NCBI GenBank assembly: GCA_964215915.1
Contig: CAXPEB010000047.1
Location: forward strand, 29,835 to 93,834
Length of the DNA: 64,000 nt
From: Bacteroidia bacterium
Lineage (GTDB): Bacteria; Bacteroidota; Bacteroidia; UBA8524
Reading direction: 5' to 3'
The notes beneath the pieces are model-generated. The model ran no database searches. It saw nothing but the letters and a program-made list of their open reading frames with translations, and was not told the origin of the DNA. Positions 35,658 to 46,254 of the stretch are shown here, piece after piece. The first letter of the stretch is position 1, and the number at the start of each line of letters is the position of its first letter. The position numbers and the translations under genes are program-made.

Positions 35658-37472
35658 TTATTTCACAAACAACACGATACTCCGGTTTTCGCCGGCACCG
35701 CTTAGTTTGATCAGGTAAACCCCGGCGGGCAGATGTGTACCCGAAAGATCGAGTGACAGGCGGTTATCCCCTTCTTTCATCCGGAACTGACCACGGTAAT
35801 ATTCTCTGCCCAGCAGGTCATACACCCCAACATCCAGTCCGGCATCCGTCTCTGCAGTTACCTCCAGCACCACTTCCTTATCGGCATCCATCCGCATGGG
35901 ATTAGGCATTAGCACGGCACTGCTGTACACTTCTTTCTTCACGGGGACCATGGACGAATTGTCGCCGTCACGGTCGGAAGGCTGGTAGCATACTTCGCTT
36001 TCCTGCAGACTCTGCGGATCATACATCTGGAAAGCAAAATCGTAGTAATCGTAGGGGTAAAACTCGCCCCCGGTTTCTTCATGCATGGCCTGTCCGGGGA
36101 GCTGCTCAGGATCCTGCAGGTCGGTATTGCAGGCTGTTACCCCATTGAAATAGGCCTTTACGAGGAAATGATCGCGGGCGCCAATGGTGTAAGGCGGTAT
36201 ATGCCACGAATACCCGTACACCGCGATCCCATCGGTATTTCGTCCGTAACCGTTAAGCTGGTCAATGCGGATACCCACGTCGATATCCGTTTCACCATAG
36301 GTAAACTGTCCGTTGGACACCGCATTTCCGCTATTATCGGTTTTGATCACCACCACATCTCCACCACCGAAAAAGCCCTGGTCCGTATAACCCGCCAGGT
36401 AATACTCGTATTGTCCGGAGGTATTCTCCCGTTCGATGAGGTGGTTACAGTAGTCGTTATAATTTGTGGGACCACCGTTGAAGTAGTTGAACAAATGGTC
36501 CCAAACGATGTTCCTGCTGTAATCGATCGCCACAAACCAAAAGTCGTAACTGTTCATCATGTCGGAATAACCTCCGATAACAAAACCCTCCGCATTGGCA
36601 TCAATACCGGTATTAGCCGATTGCTGAATGCAGGTAAACACATCCCTTGAGTTAGGAGTTCCGTACATTTCCGGATAACCCAGGGTCACCCCGTACACAC
36701 TGTTCACCTTCAGTAAAAAGGCATCGGTTTGGGGAGCGCCGGCGGAGTTGTCGGTATGTTCACCTACCACATACACTTCGTAGTAGTTGAACTGGCTGTT
36801 GTATACCGTTGACTCGATAATGTCATAAGGAATATCCGAGTCCGTCAGGTAAGTGGTGCCGGTCAGGTCGTAGGTAGACCCCCAAAGCAGAGTACCTGCC
36901 TGATTTATTTTGAGGATAAAAACCCGGTTGAACCCGGTAGTGGCATCGGTAAAATAACCGCAGATATATAAATCGCCCGGATTGGAAACCGATTCCGTGA
37001 TCGCCTGAACGTGTACATCCGTATAGCTACCGAAAGAGGTAAAATACCCGCTGGAACTCATCACGTTTCCGCTTTGATCCATATACGTATAATACACGCC
37101 CATGGGGTTGATGGATCCGTTGACATACCCACCTGCAATGGCAAAGCCACTGCCGTCGCTAAATTCCAGCGAACGCACTTCGTGGGAAGTGAGGTTAACC
37201 GGGTTACCGGGATTATCCGTCAGAAAGTAGGTGTTATTGAAATATGGAGCTCCGCTTACATTCCCATCGATATCCGTGCGTTGCACATTGATTTTGTTAG
37301 GGTTGGCATTACCGGCGGGACCAATCAGAAAATGGCCGGTATTGGAGCCGGAATAAGCATTGTGCCCACAGCTCAGAAAATCATCGTCTGAGGTACCGTA
37401 AAGGTGTTGAAAGTATTGCGCCTTGGCACTTAGCCCCGCTATGACCAAAGCAATGGTGAGAATATTTTTCAT
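35658..37472 (-). CDS. Secreted protein with type-A T9SS C-terminal domain
   Basis: 604 aa with a signal peptide (MKNILTIALVIAGLSAKAQ). The C-terminus VLMPNPMRMDADKEVVLEV...GVYLIKLSGAGENRSIVLFVK fits a T9SS CTD. Confidence 0.8.
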   Translation of the reverse strand: MKNILTIALVIAGLSAKAQYFQHLYGTSDDDFLSCGHNAYSGSNTGHFLIGPAGNANPNKINVQRTDIDGNVSGAPYFNNTYFLTDNPGNPVNLTSHEVRSLEFSDGSGFAIAGGYVNGSINPMGVYYTYMDQSGNVMSSSGYFTSFGSYTDVHVQAITESVSNPGDLYICGYFTDATTGFNRVFILKINQAGTLLWGSTYDLTGTTYLTDSDIPYDIIESTVYNSQFNYYEVYVVGEHTDNSAGAPQTDAFLLKVNSVYGVTLGYPEMYGTPNSRDVFTCIQQSANTGIDANAEGFVIGGYSDMMNSYDFWFVAIDYSRNIVWDHLFNYFNGGPTNYNDYCNHLIERENTSGQYEYYLAGYTDQGFFGGGDVVVIKTDNSGNAVSNGQFTYGETDIDVGIRIDQLNGYGRNTDGIAVYGYSWHIPPYTIGARDHFLVKAYFNGVTACNTDLQDPEQLPGQAMHEETGGEFYPYDYYDFAFQMYDPQSLQESEVCYQPSDRDGDNSSMVPVKKEVYSSAVLMPNPMRMDADKEVVLEVTAETDAGLDVGVYDLLGREYYRGQFRMKEGDNRLSLDLSGTHLPAGVYLIKLSGAGENRSIVLFVK

Positions 37473-37511
37473 GGTTGTTTTATTGGTTTTTTAGGTTGTT
37501 AAGTATGGAAA

Positions 37512-37536
37512 CCCTGCCGGAACAATACCGGCAGGG
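37512..37536 (-). terminator. Hairpin downstream of the 37552..42072 gene (weak terminator candidate)
   Basis: CCCTGCCGG-AACAATA-CCGGCAGGG. Only a short T-run follows on the minus strand. Confidence 0.35.
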
Positions 37537-37551
37537 TTGGGAGAACAGGAG

Positions 37552-40500
37552 CTATTTTTCTACTATCAGTTTTTCTTTCAGGACAAGGTCTCCGGCCAGG
37601 TAGACCTGCACGAAATAGAGACCGGGAGCAATCCCGGGCAGGTGCATGGAAATGGTAGGATCTGCCTTACCCTGATAAAGCACTGTCACCTGCTGACCCA
37701 GCGCATTTTTCAGTTCCACGCGAACTTCCGTACCAGGGAGGATATCGCCTGCCAGTTCCAGGGTGACCTTGTCGCTGGCCGGGTTCGGATAAATACGGAA
37801 GTCCGTGTTTTTTTCCAGGCTGCTGTAATCCGGGTTTCCAGGGGTATTGTGGCAGGTAAGGGGAGCCGGAATAACAAAAGGTTGGCCGGTACTGGTGCCC
37901 GGATGGTCCGTAATGCTGAAACTTACATCGACCCTTGGATTGCCCCAGTCATAGACGTCTCTTTCAATGAAGACATTCTCACAGGTCCAGAAACCGCAGG
38001 GCACCCCGAACGACTGAGCGCCGGGGCTCATGTATTTCAGGTTGAGTTTGCCATTGATGTATTTGGGTGCATTCACCACAAACCTTCCCTGTCCGAGTGC
38101 CGCAAAGGTGGGTGGGTAATCGATAAGGGTTTGAGCACCACCCAGGTCGAAGAATGAATTCGAGACAAACAGCGGATCTCCCGTACCGGAACTGGTCATA
38201 AAAATACCGTTGGCTCCGGTGGGGGTCGGCGGGTAGGTATTAAAGTCGACCCCGACGAGGTTAACCACCACATTATTATAAGCCGGCGTATAGGGCAAGG
38301 GAATGCAGGTACGGTAAGTACCATTCAGCAGGGTAACGATCGCCATTTCGCCGCCTCCCATATCAATAGCCTGAGCACCCCAGTGTTCCCAATTGTTCCA
38401 GTATTCGAAGCGGGTACCGTTGTTATCAAAGTTGGCATCCAGCGGTTGCAGGAAGAACATTTTCCATTCCCGCGGGAACATATCCGCCTGGCTGCCCGGG
38501 TTCCATGCCGTTACATCCACATTGGCCATATTCCCCAGGATATAATTCTGCCCGTTTATCTGGATCAGATCGATACCGTATTCATGCGGTCCGCCGAAAT
38601 TATCGCTCATCGTATTCAGGATGAACGGGTTGTCGAAGATCGGGGTCAGGGTGTTGGGATCCAGCACCAGGTTCATGGTCGCACTGCGTTCGGGTGGAGG
38701 AGGACCGAATTGTCCGCTCGGCACAATTCCGTTGACGCTTCCGGTCACCCAGATATCCATAGAACCCTCTGTAATAGCAATGCGGGTGGCTATATCAAAA
38801 TCCATCCCTGATCCCCAGAGCCAGTCAAAAGTTCTGCTGGTCATGGAAGAGAGGTAGCTGGGCGTGCCGTCATCCAGATCAATCCAGGTCACAAATGCCG
38901 ATTTGGGCAAGTCATACCGCAAAGCACCCTTAAAGCCACATACATATAACCGCCGGTCATCGGTAACATAGCGAATGGCAGAGTGCATGGGATACAAGTC
39001 GCCCCCACCCTGGTATTCGCGCTCATCGATCAGGTTTCCGTTGTCATCCACCACCAGTATCTTCATTTTACCGGCAGCCTGACAGATCATGTACCAGCGG
39101 TTCTTGGCCTTTCCATCGATCAACACCTGCAAATCCACCACCCGCACATCCGGGTCGTTGGAGTTATACTCCACCGAGGTGATGATGCTGCCCTGGTCGT
39201 TGAGGTACATGAAATGCGGGATAGCCATACCGCTCCGGAAAATGGTACCGGCCATAACACTGTAGTTCGTGGTATTGGGGACCATCTTGGTGGTGTAGTG
39301 CTTCACATCCTCAGGCATCTGGTAGTTTTTCGACGGACCGGGGCCGCTGGCGCAAGGCTCAACCAACACGGAGATTTCTGCTTCGTTACGGCATCCGTTG
39401 GCATCGGTACCGGTAACGGTAAACACATAGCCAGGCACCGGCGGGGTCACCACAATGGTCTTGCAGTCGCCGCTGCAATAGAGGGTAGCATTGGGCCAGT
39501 ACTTGCTGTACCAGGAATACGACTCTGCGCCATCCGCGATGAGGGTTACTGCAGTGCCGGCGCAAACCGGAGGAGGAGTAACCGGGTTAGAAGTAACCGT
39601 TACGTTCGGTTTATTGGCATTGGTCACATTCACCTGGGCAGGCAGATTTTCCGTGCATCCAAGATGGTTGGTATAGGAGTAAATCAGGGTATACCTGCCG
39701 GTGGCCGGTGCGCTAAATGAATATACCCCTGCTGTGTAATTCACTCCGGGACCGGAAAAACTGCCCCCGGAATTCATGGGCGGAAAGACGTATTCGGAAA
39801 GATCGTCAATGGTGGTCAGCCCTTCGCAAAGAGCGGGCGGCAGATCAAAACGAGTGGTTAGTGTGGTGGGATTGAGTGTCACATCATCCATAAACACATA
39901 TCCATTATTAGCCAGCCCGAAACCCAGATTGCCAATCATCAGGTTGTTCAGAGGAGTAGTGCCATTGTAGGTGAACTCCACGGAAAAGAAGTGCCATTCC
40001 TGGTCATCGGGCACCACGGCTTCCGTAAGGTATTGTCCCGTAGTGTTGTATGTATAGGGTGCTATGGGCGCCAGTGTGGAAGCTTCGCCACGGAACACGA
40101 TCCGGTTGGTTTGGCTAAACCCGAATGGACCCGTATAAGCGGATTTGGCCCAGAAAGTCAGGGTATAGGAGACCCCTGGCTGTATGGGTGTGGAAAGTAT
40201 GGATTGAATGGCTTCTTCGGTTACTGTTCCGGGTCCCTGCGGATACCAGCCCAATCCCAGCACACCGTCGTTACCCGTTCCGTTCCAGCTGTCGGAAGCC
40301 GGGCTACAAATGGAAGGGCCAGTGGGAAGGGTGAGGTCCGGATTGGATGGAGGAAAACAGTTCCTAACCAGCAAATCGGGCGTTTCCAAAAGGGGTTCCC
40401 AGCAGTGAATACTGGCATTATCCGGCGGAATCGGCTCTCCACAGGCTACCCCGCTTTCAAAATCCCCGTTCATGATCATGTTGCAGGCCGAGGGAATGCA

Positions 40501-42072
40501 ATTGGTGCTGTTGATATAAGCAAGAACATAGGTGATATTGCCCCGGTTACCCGAAGTGGTGTTCACCGGCACATAGCGCAATAAAGCCACGCCGGTATTA
40601 CCCGCCGGTGTGAAGGTAATGGTGGTGGCTCCGTTGCCGCTGCTTACGTTAACGGAACCCATGCCGTTGATGACCTCCAGGCATTCGAACTCATCGGCAT
40701 TGTAATCATTGCCCAACAACCCCGATCCCGAAATATTCACCGGCGTGGCAGTTGGGGTGATCCAGGTAAAGGTGCCGTTGGAATTAATACCGTCATTCAC
40801 TCCGGCAATCTCCAGCCCGCTGCACTGGCTGCCTCCGTAACTGTAATTGTTGGCGGTATACAGGAGATTCCCGTAGGTGGTGTTCACCTTGTATCCCAGC
40901 TCGCACAACACCGTCCGTTCTTCGGGTTTCAGGTAGCGTTTCATATACAAGCTTCCAGTACCACTGGCATTGGACATGGTGTAATACTGGTTATTCGGAT
41001 GAGGTGTGGGCGACGCGCACTGGTCTTCGAAATGGCTTAAGCTGGAGCCAGACTCATAACAATTCGGGGTATAGACGGCCTGGTTCACCGCACCCGCAAA
41101 ATTTACGGCAGTAGAACAAACCGTATTGTCAGGAATACAGCTACCCAGGTTGGGTGAAAGCGTATTGATGGGGTTCAGCGCCGGATTAAAGGTATAATCG
41201 TACATGCTGCAACCGGAATTGGTAATGAGGTTTTGACCGGCCGGGGTCTCCAGGAACAAATCGTACCGTGAATAAAAGGGGAAGCCGCTGCCCAGCCTGG
41301 AGCTTCCGTCTTCATGGATCAGGGAAGCAAAGCCCAGCGCATGTGTGATCTCGTGCAGGGCTACCGTATACAAGTCGATCTCTCCGGAAGCCGTGGCTGC
41401 GGTCAGGTCGGTATGCCAGATAACGGAAGGGTGATGAAAATTGAACGCAATCATCCCGTGGTAAAAAGCACCACTGCCACCGGGAGAACTTCCGCTGGTG
41501 ATCAACGGAGAGCTTACGCCGGTATATCCGTCCACCCCGGAATTGATGGTTTTCCATATCTCACCATCCAGGATGCCGGAAGCCGGAGGCGAAACCACCG
41601 GAAGCGTGTAAAAGGCAGAAGCCAGGCCAAGGATATTGGAGGTCAGCGGATAGGTGTACACATTCCCGATATCCCTCACCCAGATATTGACCCGTACATT
41701 GGGGTTGGCCGGAACGATAAACGCCGACAAGTCGGTAAATAACTGGCACAGCACCGCCCGGCGGTCGATATCGGCGGCAGCCTGTGTTTCGCAGCCGCTT
41801 CCATATTCGAAATACAGGTTGAAATACCCGGCCGTACAGAGCAGGTACGAGGGTACAACGGGGTTGGTAGCCAGGTTATCTCCGGTTTTTGGAGGGGCTT
41901 CCGTTTTTTGGACCCTCACATCTTCCAGCGAATAGGCATTGCCGAAGCGGTCGAACACCTTATCGAAAATCCCGTCGGGCGACAAGGTAGGTGGAGGATC
42001 TGCAGATTGTCCGGACAGCAAGGTGGTTCGGACACAGAGTAAAAGAAACAGAAGTGCAAGCGTTTTTTTCAT
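37552..42072 (-). CDS. Very large T9SS cargo protein with a zincin-type metalloprotease motif
   Basis: 1506 aa with a signal peptide (MKKTLALLFLLLCVRTTLLSGQ). An HExxH motif (ALHEITHALGFASLIHEDGS) is present. Multiple Cys-rich Ig-like modules follow. The C-terminus FRIYPNPASDKVTLEL...GLYFVQVYLAGDLVLKEKLIVEK fits a T9SS CTD. Confidence 0.8.
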   Translation of the reverse strand: MKKTLALLFLLLCVRTTLLSGQSADPPPTLSPDGIFDKVFDRFGNAYSLEDVRVQKTEAPPKTGDNLATNPVVPSYLLCTAGYFNLYFEYGSGCETQAAADIDRRAVLCQLFTDLSAFIVPANPNVRVNIWVRDIGNVYTYPLTSNILGLASAFYTLPVVSPPASGILDGEIWKTINSGVDGYTGVSSPLITSGSSPGGSGAFYHGMIAFNFHHPSVIWHTDLTAATASGEIDLYTVALHEITHALGFASLIHEDGSSRLGSGFPFYSRYDLFLETPAGQNLITNSGCSMYDYTFNPALNPINTLSPNLGSCIPDNTVCSTAVNFAGAVNQAVYTPNCYESGSSLSHFEDQCASPTPHPNNQYYTMSNASGTGSLYMKRYLKPEERTVLCELGYKVNTTYGNLLYTANNYSYGGSQCSGLEIAGVNDGINSNGTFTWITPTATPVNISGSGLLGNDYNADEFECLEVINGMGSVNVSSGNGATTITFTPAGNTGVALLRYVPVNTTSGNRGNITYVLAYINSTNCIPSACNMIMNGDFESGVACGEPIPPDNASIHCWEPLLETPDLLVRNCFPPSNPDLTLPTGPSICSPASDSWNGTGNDGVLGLGWYPQGPGTVTEEAIQSILSTPIQPGVSYTLTFWAKSAYTGPFGFSQTNRIVFRGEASTLAPIAPYTYNTTGQYLTEAVVPDDQEWHFFSVEFTYNGTTPLNNLMIGNLGFGLANNGYVFMDDVTLNPTTLTTRFDLPPALCEGLTTIDDLSEYVFPPMNSGGSFSGPGVNYTAGVYSFSAPATGRYTLIYSYTNHLGCTENLPAQVNVTNANKPNVTVTSNPVTPPPVCAGTAVTLIADGAESYSWYSKYWPNATLYCSGDCKTIVVTPPVPGYVFTVTGTDANGCRNEAEISVLVEPCASGPGPSKNYQMPEDVKHYTTKMVPNTTNYSVMAGTIFRSGMAIPHFMYLNDQGSIITSVEYNSNDPDVRVVDLQVLIDGKAKNRWYMICQAAGKMKILVVDDNGNLIDEREYQGGGDLYPMHSAIRYVTDDRRLYVCGFKGALRYDLPKSAFVTWIDLDDGTPSYLSSMTSRTFDWLWGSGMDFDIATRIAITEGSMDIWVTGSVNGIVPSGQFGPPPPERSATMNLVLDPNTLTPIFDNPFILNTMSDNFGGPHEYGIDLIQINGQNYILGNMANVDVTAWNPGSQADMFPREWKMFFLQPLDANFDNNGTRFEYWNNWEHWGAQAIDMGGGEMAIVTLLNGTYRTCIPLPYTPAYNNVVVNLVGVDFNTYPPTPTGANGIFMTSSGTGDPLFVSNSFFDLGGAQTLIDYPPTFAALGQGRFVVNAPKYINGKLNLKYMSPGAQSFGVPCGFWTCENVFIERDVYDWGNPRVDVSFSITDHPGTSTGQPFVIPAPLTCHNTPGNPDYSSLEKNTDFRIYPNPASDKVTLELAGDILPGTEVRVELKNALGQQVTVLYQGKADPTISMHLPGIAPGLYFVQVYLAGDLVLKEKLIVEK

Positions 42073-42259
42073 GACGAAGGGTTTTAGTTGCAGTTTCGAA
42101 TGGATAGAAGCTTCTTTCCCCTGCTAACAGGGGATACGAGGTATTACTCAAAGCTATACCCCAACGCAGGCACCCTTCAAGCGCCAATACACCCATGATG
42201 ATATTTCGGGATAAGTGCCGTTTTATTGGCAATAAGTGTTTGTGTGCCGGATCAAAGGC

Positions 42260-43018
42260 TCAATACTCGCCCTGGTAAAGGGTTTTGAGCAGTTCGGATT
42301 TTTTACGGGTAGCTACTTCCAGCTCGGTGCCATCGGTCATGGTAACATAACCTCCCCCTTTGCCTTTGGAATAGGCGGTGATAAAATTAAGGTTGACCAG
42401 GTGTTTGTGGTGAATCCGGAAAAACCCGAAGCGCCCCAGTTCCTGTTCGTAATGCGAAAGTATCCTCGACACATAGGCCCGGGTCCCGTCGGTAAAATAG
42501 ATGCTGGTATAGTGCCCGTCTGCTTCGCAGCGAACAATGGAATTGGCATCCACAAACCGGTAACCGGTGAGGTTGGGAATACCCACCTTTTTCACCTCGG
42601 TTGCGGTGTGGTGAGCCGACAGTTGTGCTGCCTCATGCTGTTTGCGTTCTGCCCTGCCCAGGGCCTTGTTTACAGCCTCCCGGAAATCTGTCTTGCTGAC
42701 CGGTTTAAGAATATAATCACAGGCAGAAGCCCGCACGGCCTGAATGCCGTAGCTGTCGTATGCAGTCACAAAGATCACCTCTGCAGGAAAGGAAGGAAAG
42801 CGCTTCAGCAGGTCGAAACCGGAACCATCCGGAAGCTGAATGTCCAGGAAAACAATGTCCGGTTGGCAACGGGTTACCTCCCGGCTTGCTTCGGCCACAC
42901 TTCCAGCAATGGCCAGCACCTCAAGCCGGGGAAACATCTCCTCCAGCAAAAGGGCGATCATCCTTTGCGCATCCGCTTCATCATCTACTATTAATGCACT
43001 AAAACCGGGTATTTTCAT
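42260..43018 (-). CDS. LytTR-family two-component response regulator
   Basis: 252 aa. The receiver domain has DIVFLDIQLPDGSG and the conserved Asp and Lys. The C-terminal LytTR DNA-binding domain reads ...HYTSIYFTDGTRAYVSRILSHYEQEL... Its start overlaps the upstream kinase gene by 20 bp. Confidence 0.85.
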   Translation of the reverse strand: MKIPGFSALIVDDEADAQRMIALLLEEMFPRLEVLAIAGSVAEASREVTRCQPDIVFLDIQLPDGSGFDLLKRFPSFPAEVIFVTAYDSYGIQAVRASACDYILKPVSKTDFREAVNKALGRAERKQHEAAQLSAHHTATEVKKVGIPNLTGYRFVDANSIVRCEADGHYTSIYFTDGTRAYVSRILSHYEQELGRFGFFRIHHKHLVNLNFITAYSKGKGGGYVTMTDGTELEVATRKKSELLKTLYQGEY

Positions 43019-45974
43019 GCCTGATCGGGGGAATTAACAATTGAACCTTTACACCGCCATGTGGCCCATTGGCGCGCAAGCTAACCCGTATTCCCAGCCC
43101 GAAGAGCTGGTTATACGTTTTGGCGCGGTTACCGGCCAGGCGCATACCGAGGTGACTTTTTCCTTTGACGGATCCATCCCGTATACCGGGACCATTATCT
43201 TCTACCGTCACCTCCAGCCATCCATTCTCCATCAACCTAACTTTCACCCATACCTCGCCTTTGCTGTCCAGTTGAGAAATACCATGTTTCAATGCATTTT
43301 CCACATAGGGCTGTACCAGCATGGATGGCACCAGCGTGGTAAGTGGAATTTGTTCTTCTATGTCCAGGTGATACGCCAGCTTTTCCTTAAAGCGCAGTTT
43401 TTCCAGCTTCAGGTAAGTCAGCAGGTAATCCTTTTCCTCTTCGAGGGTGATGAAGGTTTCCTGCGAATACTGCATGGTGAACCGGATCAGTTTGGCAAAA
43501 ATATCCAGGTAATCGTTTACCGGTTGGTAATCCTTTTTGTAGCTGAAATACTGGATGGAGTTCAGGCAGTTATAGATGAAGTGCGGGTTGATCTGCGCCT
43601 TGATCGCTTCCAGCTCCAGTTCAGCGAGTCGCCTCTTCTGCTGGATTTTTCGGTATTGCCGGTTCTTTTCAGTGACCACCACCCGGAATATCAGCAGGAA
43701 GACAAACCCCGCTGCCAGAATACCCATCGTCCAGCGGAACCAGGCGGTTTGCCAGAATGCCGGGTGAATATGGATGGGCAATAGTGCCGTGTCGCTGACT
43801 ACCCCTCTGAAGTTGACGGCCCTGACCAGTAGCCGGTATTCTCCGGGGAGCAGACCACTGAAACCGATATCGGGGCTTTCCGTTTCTATCCAGTTGTCGC
43901 TAAGGCCTTCCAGCTTATAGCGGTATTTGACATTTCCCAGGCTTTCGTAGGCAATGGCACTGAGTGATACCTGCACATCATTCTGCTTGTGGCTTAGCGA
44001 CAGGTTGCCGGGAAAATGCCAAAGGCTGTCGCCCACCCGCACGGTGGTGATCCAGGCAAGAGGTCTCGGATAATCGGGGAAAGATTCCGATCGTACCGGC
44101 AACACCCCGACACCGGCTGCCGTCGACACAAACACCGTATCCGACCTCACAAATAAGCCCAGCGTATTGGCCGAAGGGAGGCCATCAAAAAAGGTATAAC
44201 TCTCCACGCTTTTCTCCTGCAAATCCGCGTCAAACACCACCCTGAACACTCCCCGATCCGTAGCCAGCCAGCATAAGGTGTCGTTTTGAAAAAAGATCTG
44301 CCGGATATAGCTCGTCCCGGGCATCCCATCCCTTCCCACATGCCGGACTTCCCCGGTTGCAGTATTATACCGGAACAGGCCCTTTACGCTGGTGCCAACA
44401 AGTACATAATCGTTTTGTGCCTGGGCAAAGCTGGTGATATGGGCCTGACTGAGAAGCGAATCCCGGATTTTCCGGGCAGGGGTCCGGTGGCTTTTCTGAA
44501 GAAACAGCCCGTTGGGCGTCCCAATCAGTGCCCTCTGATCATCCAATGGACAAATGGCCGTTGCCCTGCCGGGAAACAGGGGAGGCAAAAAAGGGTCCAT
44601 GCTATCCTGACGTGGATCTACAATAAAAACCCCGGAATGCGTAGCCAGCATCCATCGGTTATCCTCAACCCGCGCAAAATCCTTGATGCTGTATCCGGCC
44701 ACAAAATAGCGGTAATCCAGGGATAACCCCTTCTCCCCCATCTTCATAAAGTTCAGGATACTGTTCCCCCCGACGCAGATATGCCTGTCCACACTTTTAA
44801 CAATCCTCACTCCCAATCCGTAATCTACGGGAGACAAAGGAAGGGTATGCGTTTTTCCTCCGTCCATTACGGAAAGAAACGGCTTGTGGTACCCGATATA
44901 CACCCGACCGGAGGAATCCCCGCAAATGCCGAGGGGCATATTGGAAGGCAGCTGTCTTCTTTTTACCAGCAGCACATTCTCCCAATGCTTCTCAGAGATA
45001 AACAACAGCCCCTTGTCTTTTGTGGTGAACCATTTGTTGTTGTCGCGGTCTGTGAACACATAGTTGATGATAACATCTTCCAGGAATAGCAAGGGCTCAT
45101 TTTTCTCAGCACTATTTATGTTGCCCCGGTATTCCACACCTCCCCTCTGGTACGTGAGCCACAGGTCGTGGTTTCGGTCTATCACCACATGCTTGATCTC
45201 ACTGCTCAGTTTCTGCTCCCATAACTTCACGGCTTTTTTTCCTTCTTTGATCTCAAAAGCTATTATCCGGTTGTCTGAGGGCAGGTATACGACCATATGT
45301 CCGGCATCTTCGCTAAGATATCCAAGAGGGAAGATTCCGGATTCCGTAAATAACGTGTCGAATTTTTTGCTTCTCAGATCATAGGTTCCGAAAACCGTAA
45401 CCTTCTCCTCATCGGACTGCAGGTATATCCGGTTATTCATCACCCCGTGTACATAACTGGGTCGACTAAAGCTGATTTGTTCGGCAACGATGGAATCACC
45501 ATAAAAATGTAAAAGCCCTTCCGTGATCCGGTCGTCGGCAACCCAAACCTCTCCGGTAACCCTATCCCGGAAAACATGGTTCAGGGTCTTCCCATTGAGC
45601 AGCTTCAGCTTTTGGTCCTCCCAGGCCGTAATCACCTTGCCGTTTTCGTAGTAAGACAGGTTATTGAGCAGGGGGACCAACACCACCCTGCCCCCTTTTA
45701 CAGGCGCGGCCACCAGGATCTCCTTATCCACCAGGTTCATACGTTCATCAATGACCTTAAACCGTTTGCCATCAAATAGAACAGCGCCGTTGTCTGTCCC
45801 TATCCAGATAAACCCGCGTTCATCCTGTTGGACGACATAGCCCACGGTACCCGGGTATCCGTCGAGTTGCGAATAGGCTTTCATCCCGGGAATCTGCGCT
45901 TGCACGGAGATCCATAAGGAAGCAAGCCAGGTCAAACACAAAATGTGCAGGCGGTTTGGTTTCATCAGGTTCAT
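42999..45974 (-). CDS. Sensor histidine kinase with N-terminal periplasmic beta-propeller (two-component regulator propeller / Y_Y_Y-like) and LytS-type kinase core
   Basis: 991 aa with a signal peptide. It has a ~700-aa repeat-rich propeller region and one TM helix (WFRWTMGILAAGFVFLLIF). The His_kinase box is NPHFIYNCLNSIQYF. The HATPase region is QPYVENALKHG...DNGPGI. Confidence 0.8.
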   Translation of the reverse strand: MNLMKPNRLHILCLTWLASLWISVQAQIPGMKAYSQLDGYPGTVGYVVQQDERGFIWIGTDNGAVLFDGKRFKVIDERMNLVDKEILVAAPVKGGRVVLVPLLNNLSYYENGKVITAWEDQKLKLLNGKTLNHVFRDRVTGEVWVADDRITEGLLHFYGDSIVAEQISFSRPSYVHGVMNNRIYLQSDEEKVTVFGTYDLRSKKFDTLFTESGIFPLGYLSEDAGHMVVYLPSDNRIIAFEIKEGKKAVKLWEQKLSSEIKHVVIDRNHDLWLTYQRGGVEYRGNINSAEKNEPLLFLEDVIINYVFTDRDNNKWFTTKDKGLLFISEKHWENVLLVKRRQLPSNMPLGICGDSSGRVYIGYHKPFLSVMDGGKTHTLPLSPVDYGLGVRIVKSVDRHICVGGNSILNFMKMGEKGLSLDYRYFVAGYSIKDFARVEDNRWMLATHSGVFIVDPRQDSMDPFLPPLFPGRATAICPLDDQRALIGTPNGLFLQKSHRTPARKIRDSLLSQAHITSFAQAQNDYVLVGTSVKGLFRYNTATGEVRHVGRDGMPGTSYIRQIFFQNDTLCWLATDRGVFRVVFDADLQEKSVESYTFFDGLPSANTLGLFVRSDTVFVSTAAGVGVLPVRSESFPDYPRPLAWITTVRVGDSLWHFPGNLSLSHKQNDVQVSLSAIAYESLGNVKYRYKLEGLSDNWIETESPDIGFSGLLPGEYRLLVRAVNFRGVVSDTALLPIHIHPAFWQTAWFRWTMGILAAGFVFLLIFRVVVTEKNRQYRKIQQKRRLAELELEAIKAQINPHFIYNCLNSIQYFSYKKDYQPVNDYLDIFAKLIRFTMQYSQETFITLEEEKDYLLTYLKLEKLRFKEKLAYHLDIEEQIPLTTLVPSMLVQPYVENALKHGISQLDSKGEVWVKVRLMENGWLEVTVEDNGPGIRDGSVKGKSHLGMRLAGNRAKTYNQLFGLGIRVSLRANGPHGGVKVQLLIPPIRHENTRF

Positions 45975-46254
45975 GCGACAACTCTATTCTGAAAAGTTGC
46001 GAAGACGTCTCCATATCCCGAAATACCGATTCTCAAAAGCGATTCTTTAACGGGAGCAAACAGGGACGCTCCGGATAAATATAACTGCGGAGGACGGTAT
46101 TTCATTTTACCCCCTGTTTTTTTAGGTGGTCATCCCCCAACGGAAATCCTTAAGAAAAACGAGAGCGCCACTTCGCAAAACCAGCCTGTTTCTCTGCAAA
46201 ATCTGAGGGCCGTTCGCTTCCGATCCCTGCTATCTTCAGGGAAAAAGAAGAGCC

